Positions 38,901 through 46,637 of a stretch of DNA of 64,000 nucleotides are shown here, one piece after another. The position numbers and the translations under genes are program-made. Under the pieces are notes generated by a model. The model was not told where the DNA came from. It was given only the letters and a program-made list of their open reading frames with translations, and ran no database searches. Location: positions 33,599 through 97,598 of the forward strand of contig CAMODX010000001.1 in the NCBI GenBank assembly GCA_946611685.1. Direction: 5' to 3'. Source of the stretch: an uncultured Treponema sp. (lineage in GTDB: Bacteria > Spirochaetota > Spirochaetia > Treponematales > Treponemataceae). Numbering within the stretch: position 1 is the stretch's first letter; every line of letters starts with the position of its first letter.

Positions 38901-41856
38901 CCTGAGAGCAGGAGAGTTTTTTTAACAATGCTTTTTTATTATATTCAAAATACCACTCTGTACCATTCTTATCCGTATATTTTTTCAAAAGAGAATCAGG
39001 ATAGTACTCAAACTTCACTCCGTTATAATCTTCCAGTGCACTTTTTATAGAGCAAAGCCGTCCCTTTGAATAAGACAATGAAAACTCTTTCAACCCGTCC
39101 TTTATGAAACAGGGAAGTTCAGCACTACCGAAGGTTAAAGCCCAGACAGTCTGCCCGTTTATCTTACAGCTTTCTCTAAGTCCTTTATAAAAACCTTCCT
39201 CAATTGAACTGCCGTCATTAAAAAACGAAGTAAAAGTACTGCGCTGTCCTTCTTTATTCACGCAGAAATTTACCACATCAAAATCAAGTAAATTATTCAT
39301 TTTATCAGAAAGTTCACTGCGGACAGTTTTTACAAGACCTTTTTCATATTCAATCAAACATGAGTTAACGCATGATTGATTTATGAGTTCTTCCTCTGGA
39401 GCGCAGTAAACAATTGTCCCGCTTTGTTTTCCTTCGGGAGTCCAGCTGTATTCTTTTAAAGTTCTGCCGTTTAATGTCTCTTTTTTGATGTGATGAGTAT
39501 TATCATATTCAAATGTCCGTTTTCTTTTTACACCCGTTACACAGTCTTCTTCAGTCTGTTCAATAACATCCCCCCTCTTTGAAACAAGCTGCGTTATTTT
39601 CAGACCGTTTGAAAAACGAACAGTAATACAACAGTCACCATATTCATAATCCCTCGTTATACCGCTGCCGGAAGAATAAAAAATGATTCTGTTTTTATCA
39701 TCGTAACGCCATTTTTCTTTTTCACATTGAATTAAATTTCCGTTTAAGTCGTATTGATAATTTTTCTCATAACCGCGGCAGTCAGTTGTCTTTACAAGAA
39801 ATCCTTCTGCATCATACTGATAAGAAAAAAGCCTCTCCCCGTCTCTGAAAATATCCGTGCAGAAATTCCTGTAATCGTAATTAAAATTAAGGACAGCACC
39901 GTTTCTAAGGTTTATGCTGCGTATGTTTTCACCATCCCAGGTATAATCATCTGCAGTTGAATCAGAATACAAAACTTTTATCAGGTGGTTTTCTTCATCA
40001 TAAATATACTCATGCTTTTCACCGTTTTCCTCTTTCTCACAAAGAAGGCCTGCGTCATTATAAGAATAATTAATGACATTTCCGTCCGGCCTGCTTTCCA
40101 TTATTGTTCTGCCCTTATCGTCCCAGCCAAAAACAGTTTCATTTGATTCATGGTCTTTATAAACTGCAGTTTTGTTTTCAAGATCATAAGAAAAATACTC
40201 CGTATCGCCGTTCTCATTTTTTACTGAACTGACATAGATTTTTTCGTTTGTCCTGTCTTTTTTATCAGGATTCTCATAAAAAATCTGAGTAAAACTGTTA
40301 TCTCCTTTAAAGACTTTTTCTATATTTTGATTTGAATCATATTCATAAGAAACACAGACTTCGCCGAAAGGAAAAATCCCGTTAAGTGAACTTACTTTAA
40401 AAAGCATATCGGCTGAATACTCATAAGTAATTTGTGCAGAAGAAGTGCCAAAACTTTTTATTCTTCCCTCTTCACACAATACCTCAATAGTAGTCCCGCC
40501 GTTTACTTTTATCCGTACCAGATTCTCTTTATCCCATTCATATTCAGTTACAAAGCCGTGTTCATCGGCTGTTTTTACAAGCTGGCCGTAAGCACCGTAA
40601 AAAAGTTCACCTGAATCATTTTTCTTTACTTTAAAACCTTCCCCGTCTTCCTCAAAAGTAAAGCCGCAGTTTTCAAGAGTCTCGTTTTTCCATACGCCGT
40701 CTTCTCTGCTCAGAATATAAGAAAATCCTTCTTCATCAATATAAATAACGCTCTCTTCATCCAAACTTTCAGCCAGTTCACTGTTTTCTCCATAACGGAC
40801 ATATACATCAAGCTCCCTGTTTTTTAATCCTTTTTCATGTTTTATCTGCCAGTCCTTTCCATCTTCCTCAACCCTGCAGTAAATTGCCCGGGCTTTCTTA
40901 AAAATCTCAAGGTATTGATTATATCTGTTTTTCTTCATGATTTGTGATGAAGAGCCGCCATCATCGTCGTCCTCTTCACCATCGTCCTCTTCATCGTCAT
41001 CCTGGTCCTCATCCCCGCTGATTTCCCCGTCAGTAACTTCGTCAGACACATCAGAAGTTTCTCCGGAACTTCCCCCACCGTCAGAGTCACTCTCCAGCGT
41101 TTCCAGAGTAATACCTGCATAGCGTTCTGCCTTTTTTTTTATCGACTCCCAGTCAGCATCAATAATTTCTTTAGTTTCTTCATACGCTTCTTCATCAAAA
41201 TCAAATGCATGACGGTATCCGCGGATTACACGGCTTTCAAGATTTGTTTTCCAGCCGCGGCCGAAAAGACCTGGTTTTGCCTTTTTTACAAGTTCAGCGT
41301 TAGTTTTTGAATTGCTTGAGCGGAAAAATCTGTTTACCGAAAAACTGCAGCCTCCATAATTTACGCATATATCTTCAAGTTCATGTAAATATATACCGGA
41401 TGAAAACTTTACAGGGTCACCTGCAGTATCAACAATCTTCCCCGTTTCATCCTTGATTTTTGCCCAGTTACCATTTTTTGAATAAGAAACTGTTTTTCCC
41501 TCGGCAGCACAGGCAGTCGCAAGCCTTTCCTTTGCCTCTTCAACTTTAGCGCGTGCATATTCAAGGTCTGTTGAACTGTAATTTCCCTCATTTTCTTCCA
41601 TTTCTGCAAGTTCACTAACAGCCTCAGAAAAAGCCCTTGCTTCATAATCTGCAGAACCTGTTACTTCATGATTACCGTTTGGATCCGATGAATTTGAAAA
41701 ACCATGATAATTTCCGGAATAAAAATCATCATCTTCACGCTGGGAACTATTCCAGCCGCCTGCCGCGTCAGGATCCGAATACGGATAAAGCCCTGTTATA
41801 CCTGCAAAAATACAGAATAAAAATACGGCAAAAATTTTTATTATTTTATTTTTCAT
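35965..41856 (-). CDS. Rhs/YD-repeat protein with a Sec signal peptide and a C-terminal papain-fold (C39-like) peptidase module
   Basis: 1963 aa. Signal peptide MKNKIIKIFAVFLFCIFAGITG. N-terminal Rhs plug GDPVKFSSGIYLHELEDI...GLFGRGWKTNLESRVI. Dozens of YD repeats (YEYD..GNL, YDAENRL, and others). The core ends DPVKDGLNWYVYCNYDPVNFIDISGL, followed by a 194-aa CT domain. GGAGG lies 5 nt upstream of the ATG. Confidence 0.9.
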   Translation of the reverse strand: MKNKIIKIFAVFLFCIFAGITGLYPYSDPDAAGGWNSSQREDDDFYSGNYHGFSNSSDPNGNHEVTGSADYEARAFSEAVSELAEMEENEGNYSSTDLEYARAKVEEAKERLATACAAEGKTVSYSKNGNWAKIKDETGKIVDTAGDPVKFSSGIYLHELEDICVNYGGCSFSVNRFFRSSNSKTNAELVKKAKPGLFGRGWKTNLESRVIRGYRHAFDFDEEAYEETKEIIDADWESIKKKAERYAGITLETLESDSDGGGSSGETSDVSDEVTDGEISGDEDQDDDEEDDGEEDDDDGGSSSQIMKKNRYNQYLEIFKKARAIYCRVEEDGKDWQIKHEKGLKNRELDVYVRYGENSELAESLDEESVIYIDEEGFSYILSREDGVWKNETLENCGFTFEEDGEGFKVKKNDSGELFYGAYGQLVKTADEHGFVTEYEWDKENLVRIKVNGGTTIEVLCEEGRIKSFGTSSAQITYEYSADMLFKVSSLNGIFPFGEVCVSYEYDSNQNIEKVFKGDNSFTQIFYENPDKKDRTNEKIYVSSVKNENGDTEYFSYDLENKTAVYKDHESNETVFGWDDKGRTIMESRPDGNVINYSYNDAGLLCEKEENGEKHEYIYDEENHLIKVLYSDSTADDYTWDGENIRSINLRNGAVLNFNYDYRNFCTDIFRDGERLFSYQYDAEGFLVKTTDCRGYEKNYQYDLNGNLIQCEKEKWRYDDKNRIIFYSSGSGITRDYEYGDCCITVRFSNGLKITQLVSKRGDVIEQTEEDCVTGVKRKRTFEYDNTHHIKKETLNGRTLKEYSWTPEGKQSGTIVYCAPEEELINQSCVNSCLIEYEKGLVKTVRSELSDKMNNLLDFDVVNFCVNKEGQRSTFTSFFNDGSSIEEGFYKGLRESCKINGQTVWALTFGSAELPCFIKDGLKEFSLSYSKGRLCSIKSALEDYNGVKFEYYPDSLLKKYTDKNGTEWYFEYNKKALLKKLSCSQGCVLYANDDDGFPVRFEIFDKDGKLLQKSSYSYSQDRRTVTCLYGDYVKETYTFDAFGNLIEKIDGTGNRILFEYDDLNNLCTRTDATGNVTHFAYDRESRLIEIKNAAGQSTQFNYDLRGNCISARDKGGDLFRASYDCFGRITEYEARPFARKRFYEWDNFGRLLSIKTEGDSQSLVTNHFDDSNNLCQREYSDKSVYQIKKDSFGNVLYAKNRLGNEEFYEYDGAQNPVSTLDFNGRRTDHLWLEDTNVIRKNYEDGSFNEVTYDFAGRLVKAQNENSVLSFEYDTAGLLTGITDSFTGKKIQYKRNSDALITGVFCDGRRIDYEWENSRLSSVKDVNENIKVEFKYSKTLREVERDFSTGGKIKTFHDDCGRMILKAGFDSDGKLCFVDGKVYDEKGFITFTLNSDFTVTRYFYDENGRIKKCLYVWNSYYEEYFKNLLSDAGLTVSKNFCEGEINRADDEEYLQLQKLCALIPGNFYQVFLTSRMLPVSFEYDKKGNMTEQKTPFGTIVYKYDAENRLLNWGKSGKCVWDNNGNLLEKHSVHKREVFKYNLQNRLVRAECSDLKNQTFTVLTYLYDALGRKIYSDSSDSYAQKYLYKGLGFEQLLSINAVSMFEESSFDDAKKIIRYGGIEENGTDLIRTAFEQDEKGEVFNNSSYSLLYDMTGKPMYLIDKNLSDIKKRRQVLFTDLNGTVIKTLDGENNLSDYKYDCFGNPVQGEEMLHLGFAGKHYETKAGFYEFGFRNYIAQWAGFMSEDPVKDGLNWYVYCNYDPVNFIDISGLTIIENDFMDMHDGKWCEEHINGTETTVGKAGCTVTAVAEAFTGLTGRKVTPKDIAESDSFSNKPGDKDLVDFDKLSNYGGGSYEVKRTVAAEKGRNAVIKAIDDAVNSGSDYSVTASVEWNTEEPDISHYVCLTGNTVIYNAAAYYEITGTSSYDNAISGNPRQAAEWIEVNGKTYVPAKKIKTVVTIRHSKDN

Positions 41857-41866
41857 TTAGCCTCCG

Positions 41867-43174
41867 TTAAAATGCATTCCAGTAAAAAAGCCTGTCGATT
41901 AAAGACACATCCCCAGAAACTGACGGGACATAGCCCGTACAAACATTTACAAAACTGCATTTATCTGCTGTTTTTGAGCCGTTTACATATGAAGACGGAT
42001 GAGAAATATCAAAAATCCCCGGCGATATACTGACCGCAAAAAAGATTCCAAGAGGATAAGCTGTAGTGACAGACTGCCCTCTTACGCTGTAGACAAACAG
42101 TTTCTCTAAAGCATCCCCCGCTTTCAAAAAAACTTCTTCATCAGATGCCGTCCACTCAGCATCTTTATTTTTCCACCATTCACTTCCCCCAGATATTAAC
42201 TCCCATAAATCAAGATAAAGGTCACAGGGATAAGAAGGCGCATAATAAGACATAACAGAAGAAGAAAGATAATTTTTAAAATCGTTCTGCAAAGTGCTGT
42301 CAGAAATTTTTTGTGAAATCATCCGGGCAAACACATTAAAGTTTTCAACCGCCGGCTCAAGTTCAGACAGATCAATCAGTGAAAAACATTCATACTCATA
42401 ACCTGTATTATCTTCAGAAAAACTGTCACACAAAACTTTTCCAAACTCCTGTGCAGAAAGAGAAGCTGACTTTATTTTTCCTAAAAATGAATAATCTAGT
42501 CCGTCCCCCCTCATAATTCCGCTCGTACCAGCCATAAAATGAGTACACTCTTTAAGTTCCCAGAGTGTTTCAATATTCATCGAAAAACAGGTATCAAAAC
42601 AGATAAGGTCAAATTTTTCTCCCTGAGCAAGTCCTTTTTTTATCCCCTGTCCCAGAGCGACGGGAGAAAGTTTTGTAAGGGAATAAGAGTCAGTTGAATA
42701 ATACCTCCAGCCTGACCCATGCCCCCAGACAATAAAAGCATTTTTCTTTGCCGGATAGTTTTGCAGAATATAAGAAATAAATCCTGAGACTGTTTCCTTA
42801 TTTGCCATATCCAGTTCCACATTCTCCTCAGAACTAAGTCCAAGATTTCTGCAGTCAAGACGCAAAGAAGCAATGGCAGGTGTGCTGTCCTTTACAGCTT
42901 TGTAAAGTCTGGTGTCAGTCCAGTCACCGTTAGAAGCATCATTACCTTCGGCTCTGTCAAAAAGAACAAAAACATTCATTCTGCTCTCATCAAAACCAGA
43001 CGATTCTATTTCATTAAAATCACTGATTCCGGCGCCTTCAAGATTATTATCTGCAGCCATGTAAACAAGAACATTCCATTCTTTCTGCTCACATTCATCT
43101 TCAGTTTCAAGAAAACACCCTGCGAAAAAGAAAGCCACAAGAATTCCATAAATCAAAAACCGTATTTTTCTCAT
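41867..43174 (-). CDS. clostripain-like cysteine peptidase (family C11), lipoprotein
   Basis: 435 aa with lipobox FFFAGCFLE. WNVLVYMAADNNLEG is the C11 N-terminal motif. IVWGHGSGW carries the catalytic His-Gly and LICFDTCFSM the catalytic Cys. An ATGA overlap joins it to the upstream ORF. Confidence 0.8.
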   Translation of the reverse strand: MRKIRFLIYGILVAFFFAGCFLETEDECEQKEWNVLVYMAADNNLEGAGISDFNEIESSGFDESRMNVFVLFDRAEGNDASNGDWTDTRLYKAVKDSTPAIASLRLDCRNLGLSSEENVELDMANKETVSGFISYILQNYPAKKNAFIVWGHGSGWRYYSTDSYSLTKLSPVALGQGIKKGLAQGEKFDLICFDTCFSMNIETLWELKECTHFMAGTSGIMRGDGLDYSFLGKIKSASLSAQEFGKVLCDSFSEDNTGYEYECFSLIDLSELEPAVENFNVFARMISQKISDSTLQNDFKNYLSSSVMSYYAPSYPCDLYLDLWELISGGSEWWKNKDAEWTASDEEVFLKAGDALEKLFVYSVRGQSVTTAYPLGIFFAVSISPGIFDISHPSSYVNGSKTADKCSFVNVCTGYVPSVSGDVSLIDRLFYWNAF

Positions 43175-43614
43175 TGAATCTCATCTCCAGTTCCATAGAT
43201 TCCATAAAAATCCTTCCATGAGCTGCCATCCGCAAAAACAACCTTCTGTAGATAAGCATTCTTCAAATACAGATTTCCGTCATAGTCCCCTGTAACAAAC
43301 TCATCCAGACTCAAAGCCATTTTAAAAATCTCACCGCTTTCAAGCCTTTCTTCACAGTAAGAAACAACCGAATCCCCGTCTTCAAACGGACTGTCCCCAT
43401 TCTGGTCACACAAAATCAACACCACCTCAAAGGCTTTAATCACCTTAGCGGAAGTATTAACAATCTCCAGAAGCACCGCACCATCCTCACAGAAATTCTC
43501 AATTCTTCCGTTATGAACTTTACATTCATTGAAAGAATATGGAGTCTCTGCCGCCGCCATAAAAGAAACCGCTATAAAAAATATCAGACACAAAATTACT
43601 CTTATATTTTTCAT
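43171..43614 (-). CDS. small secreted protein of unknown function
   Basis: 147 aa with signal peptide MKNIRVILCLIFFIAVSFMAAAE. ATGA overlaps are present at both ends. Confidence 0.6.
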   Translation of the reverse strand: MKNIRVILCLIFFIAVSFMAAAETPYSFNECKVHNGRIENFCEDGAVLLEIVNTSAKVIKAFEVVLILCDQNGDSPFEDGDSVVSYCEERLESGEIFKMALSLDEFVTGDYDGNLYLKNAYLQKVVFADGSSWKDFYGIYGTGDEIQ

Positions 43615-44132
43615 TCTGCACCTGCCATTGCCATTAATTTTTCTTTATCCTCCGGATTACCCGAATGACACCACTCATAAAGAACCGAATAAAACTGATA
43701 CAGTTCTTCTGAGCCGTTTATGTTTTTTTCACGCTGCAAGACCAGTTCTGCCTCATCAAAAAACTTTTCCTTAAGCATTTTTTCAACTCCTTTAAGTTCT
43801 TTTTCAAGCGGAACAAGCTGAATACAGATAAGCGAGCGGCCATCCCAGTCTTCAATATTTTCATCAAGAGATGCCCAGCCTTTTTTACCGCCTGTTAATT
43901 TAATTTTCCGCTCCTTATAATCACCAAAAACAAAATATCCCCTTTTATCCGTCAACACCTTATCCCGTCCGTTTTCAACCCTGCAGCCCTCAATTCCCTT
44001 CCCGTCAGGTGAACAGATTCTTCCCGCAAGATAACAGCCGTGTGAATGTCTGGATGAAGCACAGGAATTCCCGCTCATAATCAAAACGAAAACTGCAGCC
44101 GCCTTCAAAATACTAATTAATCCTTTTTTCAT
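43611..44132 (-). CDS. small lipoprotein with a carboxypeptidase-regulatory-like beta-sandwich and a helical tail
   Basis: 173 aa with lipobox LIMSGNSCASS. GRICSPDGKGIEGCRVENGRDKVLTDKRGYFVF resembles the CarboxypepD_reg fold signature. GGAGGAATT lies directly upstream of the ATG. Confidence 0.55.
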   Translation of the reverse strand: MKKGLISILKAAAVFVLIMSGNSCASSRHSHGCYLAGRICSPDGKGIEGCRVENGRDKVLTDKRGYFVFGDYKERKIKLTGGKKGWASLDENIEDWDGRSLICIQLVPLEKELKGVEKMLKEKFFDEAELVLQREKNINGSEELYQFYSVLYEWCHSGNPEDKEKLMAMAGAE

Positions 44133-44167
44133 AATTCCTCCGTTATTGTTTTTCTGTAAAATAAGTT

Positions 44168-45337
44168 TTATATACTCACTTTTTCAGTAATGATTTTTCC
44201 GTCCTTTGATTTCCAGTAAATAAAGATTTCATTTCCTTTCCTGATTTCTCCGAGTTTCTCTGGATGTCCGCCTTGAACAGTTTTGACTGTTTTTTCCCTT
44301 ACAGGAGTTTTCTTTAACTCAAGGGAAGAAGGCGCATTAAAAAGAGAAGCATAATCTGCAATTATTTCGCTTACTGCACTACCGCTTACAATTCCTTTTT
44401 CAAAAGAAGCAGAAACAAGAATTCCGCTGGCGGCAGACTCAACGCAGAGAGAAGTTTCATGCCAGAAAGAAAGATTAAGGTAATCACAGGTCATCTTAAG
44501 AAGTCTTTTAAAGTTTTCTTCCCCAGTAAAATACCTGAACTCTATTTTTTCCTGACTGCATAATTCCGTCTGAAGCAAAGCCCCGTAATTTTCAAGTCTC
44601 TCCCTGACCCCCCGTATAAACTCACTGCTTTCAAGTGCACCTTCAAGACAGTCTTTAGTCCCGAAAGAACAGTCAACAGAAACAGAAAATGAAGGAGATC
44701 TGTTTTTATAGGAAACAGAACAGGGACGGTCAAAAACAACAGTTTCAGGATGACAGCCATTAATAGAAAAGCTGCATTTCTCACCGTTCCAGTTAAAGGC
44801 TGAAACAGTGCCTGAGTTTTCATAAACCCTTCCAAGAATCTGTTCTGCAGTTTCCATCACATCCGGATAAATTGAACTGAACATCGGTTTCTCCTTATCA
44901 GATAACGAATAAAGCTGAGAAGTTTCAGCGTTCCAGGATTTTTCCCTTAAAAACCCGTTGTTTTTAAAAAGCAAAAATCCACTGACAAAAATCAAAATTG
45001 CAGCGCATGTGACAAACCTGCTTTTCATCCTCTTTTTAGAAACAGGAATCTTAAATTTTTCTCCTTCAAGCTCAAGCTGACCAGAAGATGAATTTGACCT
45101 GCACTCAGAAAGAATCTTTGAATCAATTACCGCAACCCTGGCAAGAAGCTTTCTGTTTTTTATCCTGTATTTTGCGTAAGTAAAAAAACTCGCCGAAAAT
45201 CCCGGATGATTTTTTTCAAGCTGCTGTTCAACGAGCTTCCTTCTGTTTTTAAAATTCACAACAGAAAGAGGAAGAGAAAATGAATAAAGTTCATACTGAT
45301 TTTTTTTAACGGTATTTTCTATTTTTCCTTTACGCAT
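44168..45337 (-). CDS. bitopic inner-membrane protein, candidate assembly-platform component (GspL/M or PilN/O analogue)
   Basis: The start is moved to the ATG at 45337 (AAGGAG 6 nt upstream). It has a ~110-aa cytoplasmic part, one TM (FVTCAAILIFVSGFLLF) and a ~260-aa periplasmic part. The assignment rests on topology and position only. Confidence 0.4.
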   Translation of the reverse strand: MRKGKIENTVKKNQYELYSFSLPLSVVNFKNRRKLVEQQLEKNHPGFSASFFTYAKYRIKNRKLLARVAVIDSKILSECRSNSSSGQLELEGEKFKIPVSKKRMKSRFVTCAAILIFVSGFLLFKNNGFLREKSWNAETSQLYSLSDKEKPMFSSIYPDVMETAEQILGRVYENSGTVSAFNWNGEKCSFSINGCHPETVVFDRPCSVSYKNRSPSFSVSVDCSFGTKDCLEGALESSEFIRGVRERLENYGALLQTELCSQEKIEFRYFTGEENFKRLLKMTCDYLNLSFWHETSLCVESAASGILVSASFEKGIVSGSAVSEIIADYASLFNAPSSLELKKTPVREKTVKTVQGGHPEKLGEIRKGNEIFIYWKSKDGKIITEKVSI

Positions 45338-45654
45338 ACCATCTCCTTTCTTCTGTTTTCTTTTTCCCAGGAACACTTAAGTTCCTGAGCACCAGCATTT
45401 TTTTCTACAGATATGGAACTTAAACTAAAGGTCAGACTGCACATTTTTTCCCATTCATCAAAATCGTTTTTTGTACTGTCTTTCCGGGAACATAAAGCCT
45501 TGAAACTTTCAGCAATAAAACGGTCTGTCTGATATTCATTTTTTAATGCATAGTAGCCGGCTGAAAACTTTTTTAACGGACCTAATGATGAAGAAAATAT
45601 TCCAAGACTTAATGCAAGAAGTCCCGCAGAACACACGATTTCAATCAATCTCAT
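45319..45654 (-). CDS. small pseudopilin-like protein (no leader peptide)
   Basis: 111 aa beginning MRLIEIVCSAGLLALSLGIFSS, a hydrophobic N-terminal helix with Glu at position 5. GGAGG lies 7 nt upstream. Confidence 0.45.
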   Translation of the reverse strand: MRLIEIVCSAGLLALSLGIFSSSLGPLKKFSAGYYALKNEYQTDRFIAESFKALCSRKDSTKNDFDEWEKMCSLTFSLSSISVEKNAGAQELKCSWEKENRRKEMVCVKEK

Positions 45655-45844
45655 TAACTTCCTCCGTTTTTATCTCATAAGTTTTAATAAGGACTTCCTT
45701 CTGCTTTTTTAAGAGAGTAATTTTTCCTTTGTAACCTTCAGCAAGAGAAGACAGCAGCACGGAAACAATAAAAATAACCAGGACACTCTGAATCAGTGCA
45801 AAGCCTTTTGCACTTTTATTCCCATGAAACAATGTCTTTTTCAT
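45641..45844 (-). CDS. mini pseudopilin-like protein
   Basis: The ATG at 45844 is preferred (GGGGGA upstream). MKKTLFHGNKSAKG/FALIQSVLVIFIVSVLLSSL resembles a prepilin leader plus N-methylation helix, with Gln instead of Glu at +5. It is only ~67 aa. Confidence 0.45.
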   Translation of the reverse strand: MKKTLFHGNKSAKGFALIQSVLVIFIVSVLLSSLAEGYKGKITLLKKQKEVLIKTYEIKTEEVNEID

Positions 45845-46313
45845 CACCACTTCCCCCTTTCAGTCCATCCGCGCCAAAACAGATAATTCCCCAGGCAAGT
45901 CCGTCAGGCATCAGCTCGTACTGACCGGAAGAAGCACAAAGAGCACAGTCTCTGGCGTCAAGATAAAGATATTTATTTCCCCACGGATCAACAGAAATTT
46001 TTCTGTCAGTATATGGCCCCCGCCATTTTTCATAGTCCTCCGTGCCGCTGTCATTTGACCACAATATTTCAAGTCCCTGAGAAGTTTCAGGAAAATGACC
46101 CGTATCAATGTAAAAAGACTGAAGTGCCGTTCTGTAGTTTTCTATCTGAGCTTTTGCCGCAGCCGCTTTTCCTTTCTGAAGCAGTTTAAAAATGCCGGCC
46201 CCCACCTGCGCCGTAAGAACAGCCGTTAATGCAATAACTGCAAGCGTTTCCATAAAAGTAAACCCCGCATCTAAAGCATTTCTTCTATATTTTTTCCCAG
46301 ATTTTTTTAACAT
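45816..46313 (-). CDS. gspG: type II secretion system major pseudopilin GspG
   Basis: 165 aa with the prepilin site LDAG/FTFMETLAVIALTAVL and the GspG-specific DPWGNKYLY motif. AAGGAGG lies 4 nt upstream of the ATG. Confidence 0.85.
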   Translation of the reverse strand: MLKKSGKKYRRNALDAGFTFMETLAVIALTAVLTAQVGAGIFKLLQKGKAAAAKAQIENYRTALQSFYIDTGHFPETSQGLEILWSNDSGTEDYEKWRGPYTDRKISVDPWGNKYLYLDARDCALCASSGQYELMPDGLAWGIICFGADGLKGGSGDEKDIVSWE

Positions 46314-46318
46314 TTTTC

Positions 46319-46618
46319 CTCCTTATAAAACTCCGCGTTAGCGGCGCTGCATGGATGCAGCGAATCGCAGTTTTGCCAAAGGCAAAATCTGCACATTAAA
46401 AAAGTACATGGAGGTACTTTTTTAATGCATACTCCTTATAAAACTCCGCGTTAGCGGCGCTGCATGGATGCAGCGGATCGCAGTTTTGCCAACGGCAAAA
46501 TCTGCACATTAAAAAAGTACATGGAGGTACTTTTTTAATGCATACTCCTTATAAAACTCCGCGTTAGCGGCGCTGCATGGATGCAGCGGATCGCAGTTTT
46601 GCCAGCGGCAAAATCTGC
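46319..46618. repeat. 113-bp tandem repeat, 2.65 copies, each unit carrying 3-4 hairpins
   Basis: Units start at 46319, 46432 and 46545. Hairpins per unit are GCTGCAT-gg-ATGCAGC, GCAGTTTTGCC-nnn-GGCAAAATCTGC and CATTAAAAAAGTAC-atggag-GTACTTTTTTAATG. The few substitutions include positions in a hairpin loop (AAA/AAC/AGC). Confidence 0.95.
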
Positions 46619-46637
46619 CGGTGATGAAAACAGCCCG

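Noticed and set aside
46319-46618. Possible CRISPR array (regularly spaced repeats)
   Set aside because: The whole 113-bp unit repeats, so the would-be spacers are near-identical to each other. There are only 2.65 copies, no cas genes in the window, and the block lies inside an operon. It is a tandem repeat, not a CRISPR array.
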